Assembly: GCA_008632985.1 (NCBI GenBank)
Contig: QPGO01000188.1
Location: forward strand, 1 to 64,000
Direction: 5' to 3'
DNA length: 64,000 nucleotides
From: Psammoneis japonica
Taxonomy: Eukaryota
Shown one piece after another: positions 1 through 12,067 of the stretch; position 1 is the stretch's first letter, and every line of letters starts with the position of its first letter. A program made the position numbers and the translations under genes. Under the pieces are notes generated by a model that was not told where the DNA came from, searched no databases, and saw nothing but the letters and a program-made list of their open reading frames with translations.

Positions 1-1
1 G

Positions 2-1063
2 GATGAGGAGGAATCAAGCGACAACAACAACAACGATGATGATGACAAAGATGGAGATCACACCCCAGACAAAGACGGAGATGGCACAAACCCTCAAGAT
101 GAAGAAGAAAAGAAAGATCGTTCAGATGAGGGGGGCGATGGAGGCACCGGCCAGTCGCCAGATGACAAAGCAACTTCTGACAGAGACGGAATGTCAGAGG
201 AGAACGACCATCAACAGGGGGGGCAAGGAAATGACAAAGCAGATGAAGAGGAACCGTCTGCTGCAAACCCTGAGCAACAGGTGGAAGAGGACGAACAAAA
301 CATGGATTTTGCTGGGAGTGACGCAGATTCGAACAACGAACCCCTTGCAAGCGGGAGTGACAGCGACAGCAGTTGCCCCATCCTGAATCGAATCAACCAA
401 GAGCCACGTTCTGCTGCAAGGAAAAGACAGCGGAGAAGGGATCTGGTTTCCTCATCCTCTGAATCATCCTCTGAATCGGAGATTGACACAGCAGATGATG
501 ACGACCCTTCAAGTGCTGTGGCTGCTGCCAAAGTTTCAGCCAAGATGAAAACCCCGTCAAAAAAGTCTGAACCACAAAACAAGCATGTGAGCAAAAGAGT
601 TTTTCGGAGAACTCCGGATCGTGAGACAAAAACAGACGCAAAGAAACGCAGGGCGAAGGCGCTGGCCGAAATGGAGGAAAGAAAGGAACAGGCAAGGAGG
701 AAGAGAATTGAGGCAGACAAGAAAAGGGGGGGGAAGGCGGCTGCGAGAGCAACGGCAATGGAGGCAAAGAGAAAGGAAATGGAAAAAATGAAGAACGCCA
801 GCAAGCCAAAGAAGGACACGCCGCCGACAGGAAGAATGACGGCAGAACAACCCCCACCCATCCAAACGAATTCGTCAAAGAAAAAAAAACGTGCAACTGC
901 CCGCGGAACAAAAAACAACAAAAATGAAGTTCAGGCAGTTGGGCACATGCATCGACCACAAAAATGTGTGCGGGGAGCATCGCAGTCTCAAAATTGCTGC
1001 ATTGCTGTGAATCCCGCAACATTCATTGTCCACTTTTTGTTTTTAGGTTTGTGGCGATTTTAG
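2..1063 (+). pseudogene. 5'-truncated low-complexity ORF (Asp/Glu-rich, then Lys/Arg-rich), function unknown
   Basis: Frame is open from the window edge (DEEESSDNNNNDDDDK...) into ORF 191-1063. No Tyr. Composition resembles 5700-6839, and both contain EEPSAA. Confidence 0.4.
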
Positions 1064-1800
1064 CATTCAGTTGCTTGTTTTGGGTGTTGCTTGCAGTCAC
1101 GCTGTCAGTCACAACATGTGAAAACGATGCTTGACTGATTCGATGTGTGTGGTGACTTGTCCTGAGTTCGACTGTGGATGAGAAATGGGTGCGGGTGCGC
1201 ATCGATTTGGCATGGTCTGTCCTTCAACCGTGGCCACTTGGCATCGATCAGGTGGGGTCTGTCATTCAACCGGAAGCGTTTCCCACCACCTCACAACCCA
1301 AACCCAAACCCTCCCATCCCAAATGCACCACACACAATGACATTTGACAATTCCACGTTCCAGATTCCAGTCTGATTTTGAAGTCAAAATGGGTCCAAGG
1401 CTGGTCCCAAAATGACATTTCCACACACCTGTTCCCCCATCAGTTTGCAGTCGAAATGGGTTCAACGTTGGTCCCATGTGGACACATGAGTTTCCATTTG
1501 TTTGTCAAATCTGGATTTCAATGGAGAATTTCGGAGCACACGTTGTCAAATGGGGCCAATGGCAGCTCCATTTCGGCCTTCTAATTGTGACACAGAACAT
1601 TTTCAATTGGTTGTTCGACTGTTTTGCCTGTCAACATGGGTCCAACAGTGGACCCATTTGACCATGTCGGGTTGCTGGACTGACGTTTTTGTTTCAACAT
1701 CTTGTGTTTCTGTTTTAGTCAGTTGGGTTTGACTTGCGACAATCATTGCCTCGAAGTCTTCATTGGGAAAGAACCAAAGTGCGGCAATTTGGTTGGAACT

Positions 1801-4800
1801 ATGATGTTGCGTGAGATGGCCAGTCCAGGCTCCGTTTCTCGCGTTTGTGGTTGCATCATGCTGGGAAAAAACCTTCGTTTGTCAAAGCAAAAAGTTGAAA
1901 ACATCCTCAGACCAATTGGTTGCACCGTTCCAAAGGAAGATTTTGCTTGTCCAGAAGACACATCAGGCGAAATCAATTTGGACGAAGTGAGTGAAAACTG
2001 TTTCAGCAATGAAGAAGTGAGGATGAATTGCACGACGATCTCCAATGGAGTCACTTGCAAAGGTGAAGCAACAGACAAAGACCTCGATGAAACAAAGGAG
2101 GAGAAGAGGAAGACTGGAGCGAGGGGTTGCGAATTGGACGACTGTTTCGACCATTCCAGCAACATTGACGTCACTCCGCTTGTGCTGCAATTGTTTGTGG
2201 CAGCCACCTCTGCATGCAATGGCAGGGACAAGGTGGTGGTGCTGACAACGATGAGCCAACTGCCAGTGAATCACAGGAATGCACGATTTGCAGGCGCTCA
2301 CAACAGCAATTGCAGGCGAGGAAGTTTTCGTGACGAAGAACTGCCAGGCACAATGCAGACAGCACAGGGAGAGTCGACGGAGAGTTTTCACAGAGCATCA
2401 TGCACTGCAATGCCTTGCGCTTTGGTGGACAAATGCACCAAACATTCACGGGTTGTCCCCGTTTTGGACGTGCTGGAAGAAAACAACAAAACGACTCTAA
2501 ATTCCAGCGGGGCAGCTCGGGTTGCTCAGGATCATGCTGCGTCACTGTTTTGGATTCTCACAGGACAGAGGTTGCACCACACCGAGAGGAACCCTGGGCC
2601 TGGCTTCATCAGAGACGTGTTCATTGCGAAATCACAGGGCATGGCAAGGAACTGCGGCATGAGTCTTTGTGCAAGCCTTGTTGACGCTTTGGACAAATCT
2701 TTCAACTCGCTGCGCGAACCCAAAGATTGGCGTGCACTCAACCTTCATTGCAGGAAGATTCTTTCTCAAGACTTCATCATTGGCGAACAGGTTCTGGCGC
2801 CTTTTTGGCATTGTGAATTCACGCCGCTGCCGACGGATGAAACAATGTTGCAAGCCGAAACGGCGCTGTTGTTCCAGGCATGCACGAATGTTCGCATTGC
2901 ACTTTTGGACGGAATGCGCAGATCGTGTGGCGGCATCAGTGCCAGGCTAAGAGCATTGCCTGCAACAATGTGGGAACAATGCAGAGAGAACCCATCTCAG
3001 TTGCACTCAAATGTCGGTGCAAACAATGACAGACTGACCAAAGAGGCAAACGCTCATTTTGTGCAGCCAGTCACAAACACCCAGACGACTCACTCCAGCA
3101 ACGCCAGCTCGTTGTTCACTTCAAAGGAGTTGTGGATTGGCAAAAAATGCAGTGAGAAGGTGCAGGCAGACCTGCAGAGTGGCAGGTGGCATTGTTTTTT
3201 GGATGTGGTGCTTTCGGCATGCGACCATTGCAGCAAAAATCCAGATTTTTGGCGACCTGGAGAACTCCAAATGAGGAAAGTGGCAAATGATGCAAGAGTG
3301 AACACGGCTGAACAGAATTTCAACGATGCCAACAAAAACAAAAAGCAACAAAGAATCATCAAAGAAAAGGTGATGAATCTTTTTTTCAGTGACACGTGCA
3401 AGCCTCTCATCCAGTGCTTGCAACAGGCAATCAAGCAGCAAGGAGGGGCCTCTGACGATGCTGGCAAAGCTCACATTGCAGTCTGGTTGGACGCCCTGGA
3501 GAAGAAGAAGGTGAAAGGAATGCACAACAGAATGGGACCTTTTCCTGTCAGACCGGGGATTTGTGGTTCATTGAATCTGTTCTCAAACTTGTTGCACAAC
3601 AAACAGAGTTCAGGTTTTTTGCAACAAGCAATGAAGAACGCAACAACCTCAGTGTTTCCGGATTGCCACAGAAAAGATTTGTTGCACCATGACACAGCAA
3701 ACAATTTCGAACGTAACTGCGACGGGGAGGCAATGGGCATTGACACCGCGTCATTGAAAAGCATTGAAGACTGGCAAGTGCCCAATGAAAAGAAGATTGG
3801 AAAGGCATTCAAGGTGTGTTTTGGCTGCTCAGCTCCATTTGTCTTCTCGTCCGCTGTGTCAAATGGGACCAACGTTGGTTCCAAATTGACCATGTCTGTC
3901 CTGTGTGCGTTGACGGTCGAAATGGGACCATCATTGGGGCCAAATGGATCGTCTGTCATGTGTGCGTGTAACAGGTCAAAATGGACCCATCAATGGGCCC
4001 AAAATGGATCGCATCTTGCCAGCGCACGTTTGTTCATGTGGGACCAGCATTGGCTCCAAGTCGACCATGTTTTGTTCTGTGCTTGCACGTGCTCAATTTT
4101 TGACAATCATTGGCTGGCCGTTGTTTTCGTTTGTTTCATTTGCAGAGATTCTTCTCGAACATTGGCAATCGATCGATGACGCCGGATGATGTCAACTGTT
4201 TGGGCGAGGATGTCCACTCTGCGCTTTTGGATCCACAAATCATGCTGGGGCGCACTGTGTTGAAAGCAAAAGGAGTCAAAAAAACAAAGAAACGGATCAA
4301 AATTGGTTGACAAGGATCTTTCTTGCAGCCGGCAAGGACATCCTCCAGTTGCGTGCTTCTTTCGGCTCGGTGTTGCCTGTCAACAAGGATTGGTTGCGTC
4401 CAAAGGAAACTGACGGTGAAGCTTTTGCTCCGCCTGGAAAAGACCGTCGTGAGAACACTTGGTTGCATCACTCCATGCTGCTTGAAGACCCTGAAGAAGA
4501 CGCCGATGCACAAGCAGCAATGATGGACAAGGACACTTTGAAATCATGCAGAGAGTTGGTGAGAAAAAGCAAGGCCGACCCAGACATCATGACAAACATT
4601 CCCACAATGGCGGCATTTGTCTGTGAGTGGTTGAGCAAGGAAAAGAGCTTGAGTGTTTCTGTCAGAAGATTCGCCGTGATTGACAAGGACGAGGGGCAAG
4701 TTAAAATTTGTGGACAACAAAGGGAACCTTGTGGCAGAGGAAACAATGAAGACCTTCCATTCAAACACCTTTTGCGTGAGGTGCAAGGTTGGAAGGAGCG

Positions 4801-6839
4801 TTTGTGGCAGCCTGTCTGAGTTGGTGCTGGACATCGTTCTTGTTGAAAATGGCGTTTGCGAAAAGGCGCGAGATGATGGTGTGCAGATGACCAATGCTGT
4901 TCTTCAAGGTTGGCTCGAAAAAGCCCAACCCACGGTTGTGGCCGACCAAACATCTGCAGCTAAAGCGATGCCGGCACACAAACCCCTTTTTGGTGGACGA
5001 TCGGTTGGCGAGTGGAACAAGAATTCAAGCATGCACAAGTTGGTCAACAGGTGCCTGTCAAAAACCATCGACACAACGGACAGCAATGAAGAGGCGACGC
5101 ACAAGTTGAAGGCAGAATTCACCAAGTTGAACAAACAGTGTGGCGCCGTTGCTTGTGCCATCGCTTGCATGCAACTGAACAAAAATGTGACTCCAAAACG
5201 GCTGAAGGATGAAATCCACTGCAGGGGACACAACACCGATGACGAATTTGATTGCTCAGATGACGACCCTTCCAAAAACAAGTTTCGAACTGTCACCCAA
5301 TTAGAAAAAGAGAAACTGTGGGGCGAGGCTGCGGGGAAATTTGTGTTTGACGAGGATCAAAGTTGCAGCGACTGCAACAACTTTGACGAGTCCCACAAGG
5401 ACCCAAAATCAGCGGAAGAGCGTGCAATGATCGAGGCAACACTCATCCACCAGAATCATTTCAACACCTGCCGACATGAACACATGGAGCGCAACAAAGG
5501 TGGGTTTGACAGAGGCCAGGACATCGATCATTCTCAAAAAACTGAGCAGACTGCCAAATCTCAGCCGTCAGCTGCGAGGCAGCAGGAAAATCCTGAGGTC
5601 GACGGTGTCGAGACGAATGAAACGACAGGAACTTCTGGTCGGTCAGGCAAGTGGGGCAAAATGGAACCAGTGATGGTCCCAAAATGACACAGTCCGCACC
5701 TCACACGTCGATTCTGAACATGATGCAGAAAATGACGAGTCGGTTGAACATGAGCAAGGCAACATTTCTGAAAGTTTCCAAGTCGATGAATGCACAGTCC
5801 CAGAAGGAACCGTGATTCAGGAAGATGCGACGAATGGTGATGCAGCACGAGATGCAGCCAGCGACAAGCCGGAAAAAGACGACCTTGCATCTGTGCAACA
5901 AAAGGGCCATGGTGATGGCCAGAAGGCAGAAGAAGGCAAGTCTGAAGAGGGACAGAAGACATCGTCAGGTGAAGCATTTCAATCAGGTGAGCAAAAGGCG
6001 AAATGGAGCCAGCCATGGTCCCAAATGGCACTGTCTTCGTTTCTCACGTAAAACCTTTCGAACGCTGTGCAGACAAACAAGACTTGGACGAAATGGACCC
6101 AGCACTGGACCCAAGTGGCTCACCCCGTGCTGGGCAGGACATTTCTGGAAATGTGCAAGACCATGACTCCTTTCCAGTCCAAGATGACGATGGCGACATG
6201 CAGGGATCACAAGACAGTGTTGAGAATCCCATTGCATCTCTGAACCCACACGAAGCCTCAGAGGGCAATCAGTCCGAAGCGGCTTCTCAAGAGTTTGACA
6301 GTGGATGTGAAGAACCAAGTGCAGCTGGAGAGGAAATCCAGGCAGAAGAGGAAAGCAAAGCTGAAGAGAACGATCGTGACGACGAAGACAAAGCCAACAA
6401 GCGAAGCAGAATGGAAAAGGTGCGGAAAGAATTGTCCCAGAACAAAGAGCACAACAATGACGGAGACGCGGAAGGATTTCACAAGGCAATCGAACAGGGC
6501 CAAGAGTCTGAAACAGCAAGCGATGTCAGCGACGGATCTGATGCACCAGAACTCCCTGTCGTCAGCAATCAAAAGGCAGCTGTTGCTGCCTTGAAGGAAA
6601 GGGATCCAGCAATGGCAACCGTCGAAACATTTGCCACAGAAAAAGAGCGGGCAGAGGGTCGTCTGTTTTTGGAAAAGACCAGACAGGAAGCCAAAGCCAA
6701 GAAGGAAAAAGCAGATTCCGGAAAGAAAAGAAAGACAGAGGGCCTCGCTGCTCCACCAAAGTCAAAAAAAAAGAGGAGGGTCGTGACCACCACGCCCCGT
6801 TCCTCTGCGAGAAATCTGAGCAGGAGAAAGACGGGCTGA
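1801..6839 (+). pseudogene. Large decayed gene of unknown family with a probable intron (3814-4145) and an acidic/basic C-terminus
   Basis: Consecutive + ORFs (1702-4179, 4110-4310, 4307-4819, 4680-5687, 5812-6051, 6003-6839) are joined by frameshifts. AAG|GTGTGT at 3814 and TTTCATTTGCAG| at 4145 splice in phase to ...GKAFK|RFFSNIG.... The start position is uncertain. Confidence 0.5.
3861..4063. repeat. Four degenerate ~59-bp tandem units, each with a palindromic core AAATGGRNCCA-N4-TGGNNCCA
   Basis: Cores at 3861, 3920, 3979 and 4036. The same core occurs at 1387, 1454, 1636, 5659, 6001 and 6091. Confidence 0.75.
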
Positions 6840-6851
6840 AACATCAATTGT

Positions 6852-8190
6852 GTGGAATGGACCATTGGGGCACATTCGCCCCAGTCGTTGCATGGAGTGC
6901 GGTGTGACTGACATTGTGTCTGGCGGCAATCGCCGGTCTGAAAAGCAGACAAGTGGATCATGCGCAAGCATTTCCACAAGCAGAGCTGGAAGAACCAGCA
7001 TGTGTGAGACTCCCAGAAGGGCGGGAAGTGAAAGACGAAAATGGAAACATCATGCCAGACATGGCATGCAAACTGAAAAAGAACTCATGCGGCACAAAAA
7101 CTGCTGCACGAAACTGGTTCCAGAAACTGTCAAAGGGGCTGGAACGACGCAGTTTCAAAAAATCAAAAATGGACCCATGTCTGTTCATCAGAAATGACTG
7201 CATCATCTGCTTGCACACAGATGGTTGTTTGGTTTTTGCTCCAAAGAACTGCATTGTCGCTGCACTCATGCAAGAACTCAAGCAAGACGAGCTTCAACTT
7301 GCCGACGAAGGTGATGCACCCGCTTTCCTCAGTGTGGATGTGGCCAATGCCGTCGATGGCAAAATCCACATGACCCAGACAGGTCTTGTTGATTCCGCGT
7401 TGAAAGACCTTGGTCTGAGGTCCCACAACAATGAACCATTGCAGAGCAGGCCACAAACAAAGGCTGCTCCAGCAGCGCAAATGCTGCACCCTGACACAGA
7501 CGGTCAGGAGCATCAAGAACTGTGGAGCTGCCGGTCTGTTGTCGGAAAGATGAGCTCTCTGGCACAAATGACTCGACCAGACATTGCAGTGGCAGCGCAC
7601 ATGTGCACCAGATTTTTCAACTGCCCAAAGGCATTGCACGAACGAGCAGTTGAGCGCATCGGACGTCATCTGCTGGCAACTTCAACAGATGGCATTGAGC
7701 TCCGGCTGAAAGGGAAATTCTCCCTGGGCGCATGTGTTGACAGCGACTTCGCGGGAATGTGGTGCAGAAATTTTGCCCATCTCCACGAATCGCACCTGTC
7801 ATGATCAGGGTGTGTTGTCACATTCGCAGGCTGTCCAATCTGTTGGAAGAGCAAATTGCAAACCGAGACAGCTCTCTCCTCAACCGAGGCTGAACTCGTT
7901 GCACTGTCGCAGTGCCTGAGAGAGCCACTTCCAATGAGAACTGTGCCAGAAGAACTGTCCAAAACCATGGGTTTTGAGCTGGCAAATTCACACATTGAAT
8001 CTGGTTCTCTGGAAACTCGTGTGCTTCCACACAAGCTTCCCCCGTCCACAGCGCATGAAGACAAAACAGGGTGCACTGCACTGGCCACCTCTGACGAGCA
8101 ATGCAGAGCCAGAGCCAAGCACACAACCATCAAATGGATGCACTTTTGGGACCACACAAAACGTGGTTCTGTGAAGAAGGCAGTGAAAGT
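6852..8190 (+). pseudogene. pol: Ty1/copia reverse transcriptase-RNase H fragment
   Basis: TFAPVVAW, QVDHAQAFPQAEL, SKMDPCLF, ICLHTDG (YxDD), TRPDIA, CVDSDFAG, QTETALSSTEAE. Confidence 0.92.
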
Positions 8191-8423
8191 TGGCGACACA
8201 TTGAGCAGTCCAAACAGACTGCTGCTTCACTCAAAAACAGCATTTTTGGATGTGTGCAAACAGCATTTTTTGCTTCGCTTGTCCTCGAAGCACGAGGGAG
8301 AGAAACACCCTGGACACACCCCAGACATTTTCTGGGAATGCTCTGGAGGCTGTGCGCAGATGTTGCTGCATCGGCTTGGCTCCATTGCTGGCATTGGTCA
8401 GAGCCCTCGTCGACACGAGGGAG

Positions 8424-8593
8424 TGTCACGTTCAGCTGGAGCTCGCAGGACAGACGGACGGACGGACGGATGGACAGATGGAGCTCATTCGCACGGACTC
8501 AGAGAGATGATGTCGAAGATTCTCTGACGCAGCTGGCTCATGGACCACAGAACAGTCGCGAGCCTCTTTGGCTCACAACATCCACACAAGACA
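8424..8593 (+). mobile_element. Copia LTR (duplicated 3' LTR, 170 bp)
   Basis: TGTC...GACA termini, preceded by polypurine tract GAGGGAG. Matches 20241-20410 and 11434-11603. Confidence 0.9.
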
Positions 8594-11433
8594 CCCTTTG
8601 TGATTTGGTGCCCTCAACAGACATTTTTTGTCCTTTTTGATTTTGTGCCCTTGGCCATTTTGCTGGTCACGACAGAGCTGCAGAACAACAAGAACCTGCC
8701 CGATGAAGAGCGCGGGGCAAAGGAGAGAAAGTGCGTGAGGTGCCAGAAGCACTTCACGGCAGGGAGCTCCAAGAATGGAGATGCGGAAGGGAGCGCACCC
8801 AGGAAACGCAAGAGGGAGGATTTTTGCAGGAAGATTGTGGCAGAGCGTGACAGGAAAGTGGAGGAGGGGGGCAATGGGCTGGGGGATGAGGAAAGCCACG
8901 TGGCGGGTTGCGCTGAGACACACGAGCTGGAGCCAGCACCTGTTTGGCAGACAATGTGTGAAAAGTGGCAGTCATGTTTGTTGCAAATGACGTTGCAGGC
9001 ACAATCCAAATTGAGCGACTGCACTCCACGGCGCCAGCTGGAGAGCAACTGGGGAAGGGCACAACACGGGTGGTGCCTTGGGAAACCAGTCAGCCGATCT
9101 GTTGTCAGTCAGCTGTTGATTGTGTTTGAGTGGGTGCGCCGGAGTTTTTGGCCTGCTCGCTTTCCACGTGGCCTGGAACAACCCAAATCTGTGCAGACTC
9201 AGCACGCTTTGCCCTGCAGAACAGTTTTTGGGAGCGTTCTCTGGCTCGCGGCTCAAAACGACACGTGAAATGTCGCATTTTCGCATTTTCGCATTTTCGC
9301 ATTTTCGCATTTTCGCATTTTCGCATTTTCGCATTTTCACTGGTGGTCTTCAAATCAAGAACAACCTCGCCACGTGTTGCAGGAGGGCACTGAAGGGACA
9401 CAGCCCACTGGCAGGGCGCTGATCAAACAAGATTTGCGGCGCAAGTGTTTGGCGCTGGGGGCGCCTTTGAGGTTTTGTGCCCTCAGCCATGTTGCGCAAT
9501 TCTTGATTTTGTGCCCTTGACTTTTTTGTGCCCTTGGCTGCTTTGCGCCCTTTCCTTTTTTTGTGCCCTCGAGCACTTTGCCCCATCTCGTGGTTTTGTG
9601 CCCTTGGCCATTTTGCGCCCTTTGTGACTTTGTGCCCTTGCCCACTTTGTGCCTTTTTTGGCTTTGGGCCCTCAGCCGCATTTGGCGCCCCTCATGATTT
9701 TGTGCCTTCAGCAATTTTTGGCCATTGTGGCTTTGTGCCCTTTGCCGCCTTGGACCCTTTCTGATTTTTTGCCCTTGGCAGCTTTGTGCCCTCAGCCGCC
9801 ATTTTGCGCCCTCAGCCATTTTGTGGCCTCAGCCGCTTTGTGCCCCTGCCTGGTTTGTGCTCTTTGTGATTTGGCGCCCTCGACAGACATTTTTTGTCCT
9901 TTTTGATTTTGTGCCCTTGGCCATTTTGCTGGTCACAACAGAGTTGCAGAACAGCAAGAACCTGCCCGATGAAGAACACGGGGCAAAGGAGAGAAAGTGC
10001 ACGAGGTGCCTGAAGCACTTCACAGCAGGGAGCTCCAAGAATGGAGATGCGGAAGGGAGCGCACCCAGGAAACGCAAGAGGGAGGATTTTTGCAGGAAGA
10101 TTGTGGCAGAGCGTGACAGGAAAGTGGAGGAGGGGGGCAGTGGGTTGGGGGATGAGGAAAGCCATGTGGGGGGTTGGACCCAGACACATGAGCTGGAGCC
10201 AACACCTGTTTGGCAGACAATGTGTGAAAAGTGGCAGTCACCTTTGTTGCAAATGACGTTGCAGGCACAACCCAAATTGAGTGACTGTGCTCCACGGTGC
10301 CAGCCGGAGAGCAGCCGGGGAAGGGCGCGACACAAGCGGCACTTTGGGAAGCCAGCCAACCGATCTGTTGTCAGTCAGTTGTCGAATGTGTTTGAGTGGG
10401 TGCGCCGGAGTTTTTGGCCCGCTCACTTTCTGCGTGGCCTGGTGCAACCCAAATCTGTGTGGACTCAGCACGCTTTGCCCTGCAGAACAGTTTTTGGGAG
10501 TGTTCTCTGGCTCGCGGCTCAAAATGATGCGCAAAATGGCGCGGACAATGGGTGCGGTGGCGCGCCTGTTTGTCCGTTTTCTGTCCTTCAACAGTGGATG
10601 TAAATCAGACACGGCAGTGCATCCATTTGTCCGTTTTCTGTCCTTCAACAACAGACGCAGTTTAGATGCCGTGGTGTGTCCATTTCGCCTTTTCTGGCCT
10701 TCAACAGGAGACACAAAGCAGATCGGAAGGTGTGCCGACATCTCAAAATCTGTTGAGCAGATCCGGAGTTGTGTCGACATCTCTGAATCTGTCAAGAGTG
10801 TGCGAGGTCGGCTGGGCACTTTTGCTCTTCCTGGTTTGTTGCCATTGGCCACTTTGTGCCCTTTGTGCCTTTTTGCCTTTTGCGCTGCCCTTGGCCAATT
10901 TGTGCCCTTTGCAACTTTGTGCCCTCAGCTGCCATTTTGCACTCTCACTCCGTTCAGTGATTTTTTTGTGCCCCAGGAAAGTTTGTGCCCTTTGTGATTT
11001 TGTGCCCTCAACTCCCATTTTTTGTCATTTTTTGTTTTGCGCCCTTGGCCATTTTGCACCTTTGAGATTTTGTGCCATCAGTCATGTTGCGCAACTCTTG
11101 ATTTTGTGCCCTTGACCTTTTTGTGCCCTTGGCTGTTTTGTGCCCTTTCCTTTTTTTGTGCCCTTGAGCATCGTGTGCTTTTCATGGTTTTGTGCCCTTG
11201 GCCATTTTGCGCCCTTTGTGACTTTGTGCCCTTGTCCATTTTGCACCTTTTTTGGTTTTGGGCCCTCAGCCGCATGTGGCGCCCCTCGCGACATTGTGGT
11301 TTTGTGCCCTTTGCCATTTTGGACCCTTTGTGATTTTTTGCCCTTGGCAGCTTTGTGCCCTCAGCCACCATTTTGCACCCTCAGTCATTTTGTGACCTCA
11401 GCAATTTTGTGCCCCTGCCTGGTTTGTGCCCTT
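8594..11433. repeat. Modular macro-repeat: (CGCATTTT)n, TTTTGTGCCCTT-rich array and a GA-rich module
   Basis: The same modules recur in the same orientation at about 20411-25060, 37705-38050, 38685-41792 and 45490-47570. (CGCATTTT)n lies at 9274-9338. Confidence 0.85.
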
Positions 11434-11603
11434 TGTCACGGTCAGCCAGAGCTTGCAGGACAGACAGACAGATGGGCGGATGGACAGATGGAGCTCACTC
11501 GCACTGGCCAAGAGAGATGATGTCGAAGATTCTCTGACGTGGCCAGCTCATAGACCACAGAATGGTCACAAGCCTCTTTGGCTCACAATGTCTGCACAAG
11601 ACA
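11434..11603 (+). mobile_element. Copia 5' LTR
   Basis: TGTC...GACA termini. Followed by a PBS-like motif resembling GGTTATGGGCCC. Confidence 0.9.
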
Positions 11604-11664
11604 GGTTGTGTGGCCCTCGTTGCCTCTGCAACCTTTTTGACAACAAACACCGCCAACACCCGCC

Positions 11665-12060
11665 GATGGGTTCCAGCCCCAGGTGGGACTTTTTGTGACA
11701 TTGGGCCCGCAGAATTCTGCGTGTGAGCTCTGCAGTAAAATCATCAATGTGTGAATGTGTGGATGATCGCCAACAGAAAAAGAGGCAATTTTGCGAACGC
11801 ATCTCCTCCTCCACACTTGAAGCACATTCTTTGTGGCATGCCCGGGTGTGTTCTTTGGACATCAAAGAACATGCCCAGCACATTTTTGTTGACATGAGTG
11901 CAGATGACAGAAAGCCTTTGGCTTCGCAAAACAGGCAGTGTGGAACAATTTTTTACAACAGAACACTTGGAAATGTGCGCGCGAAACGTGCGACGGATGA
12001 CAAAAAACAATTGAGTCACAGTTCAGCAGTGCGAGGTCCCACCCAGAGCTGGAACACGTC
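11665..12060 (+). mobile_element. MITE, subfamily A (396 bp), in the copia 5' leader
   Basis: Imperfect TIRs GA(C/T)GGGTTCCAG..CAGGTGGGAC and GTCCCACC..G.GCTGGAACACGTC. TSD CGCC/CACC. Confidence 0.88.
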
Positions 12061-12067
12061 CACCACC

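Larger units (their letters stand above)
6852..9272 (+). repeat. Segmental duplicate of 18669-~21089 (copia RT, RNase H, 3' LTR and flank)
   Basis: Collinear and near-identical at a constant offset of 11817. It includes the LTR/flank junction GACA|CCCTT. Confidence 0.95.

Noticed and set aside
3861..4063. CRISPR-like array of spaced palindromes
   Set aside because: The repeats are degenerate, the spacers resemble each other, there are no cas genes and the context is eukaryotic.
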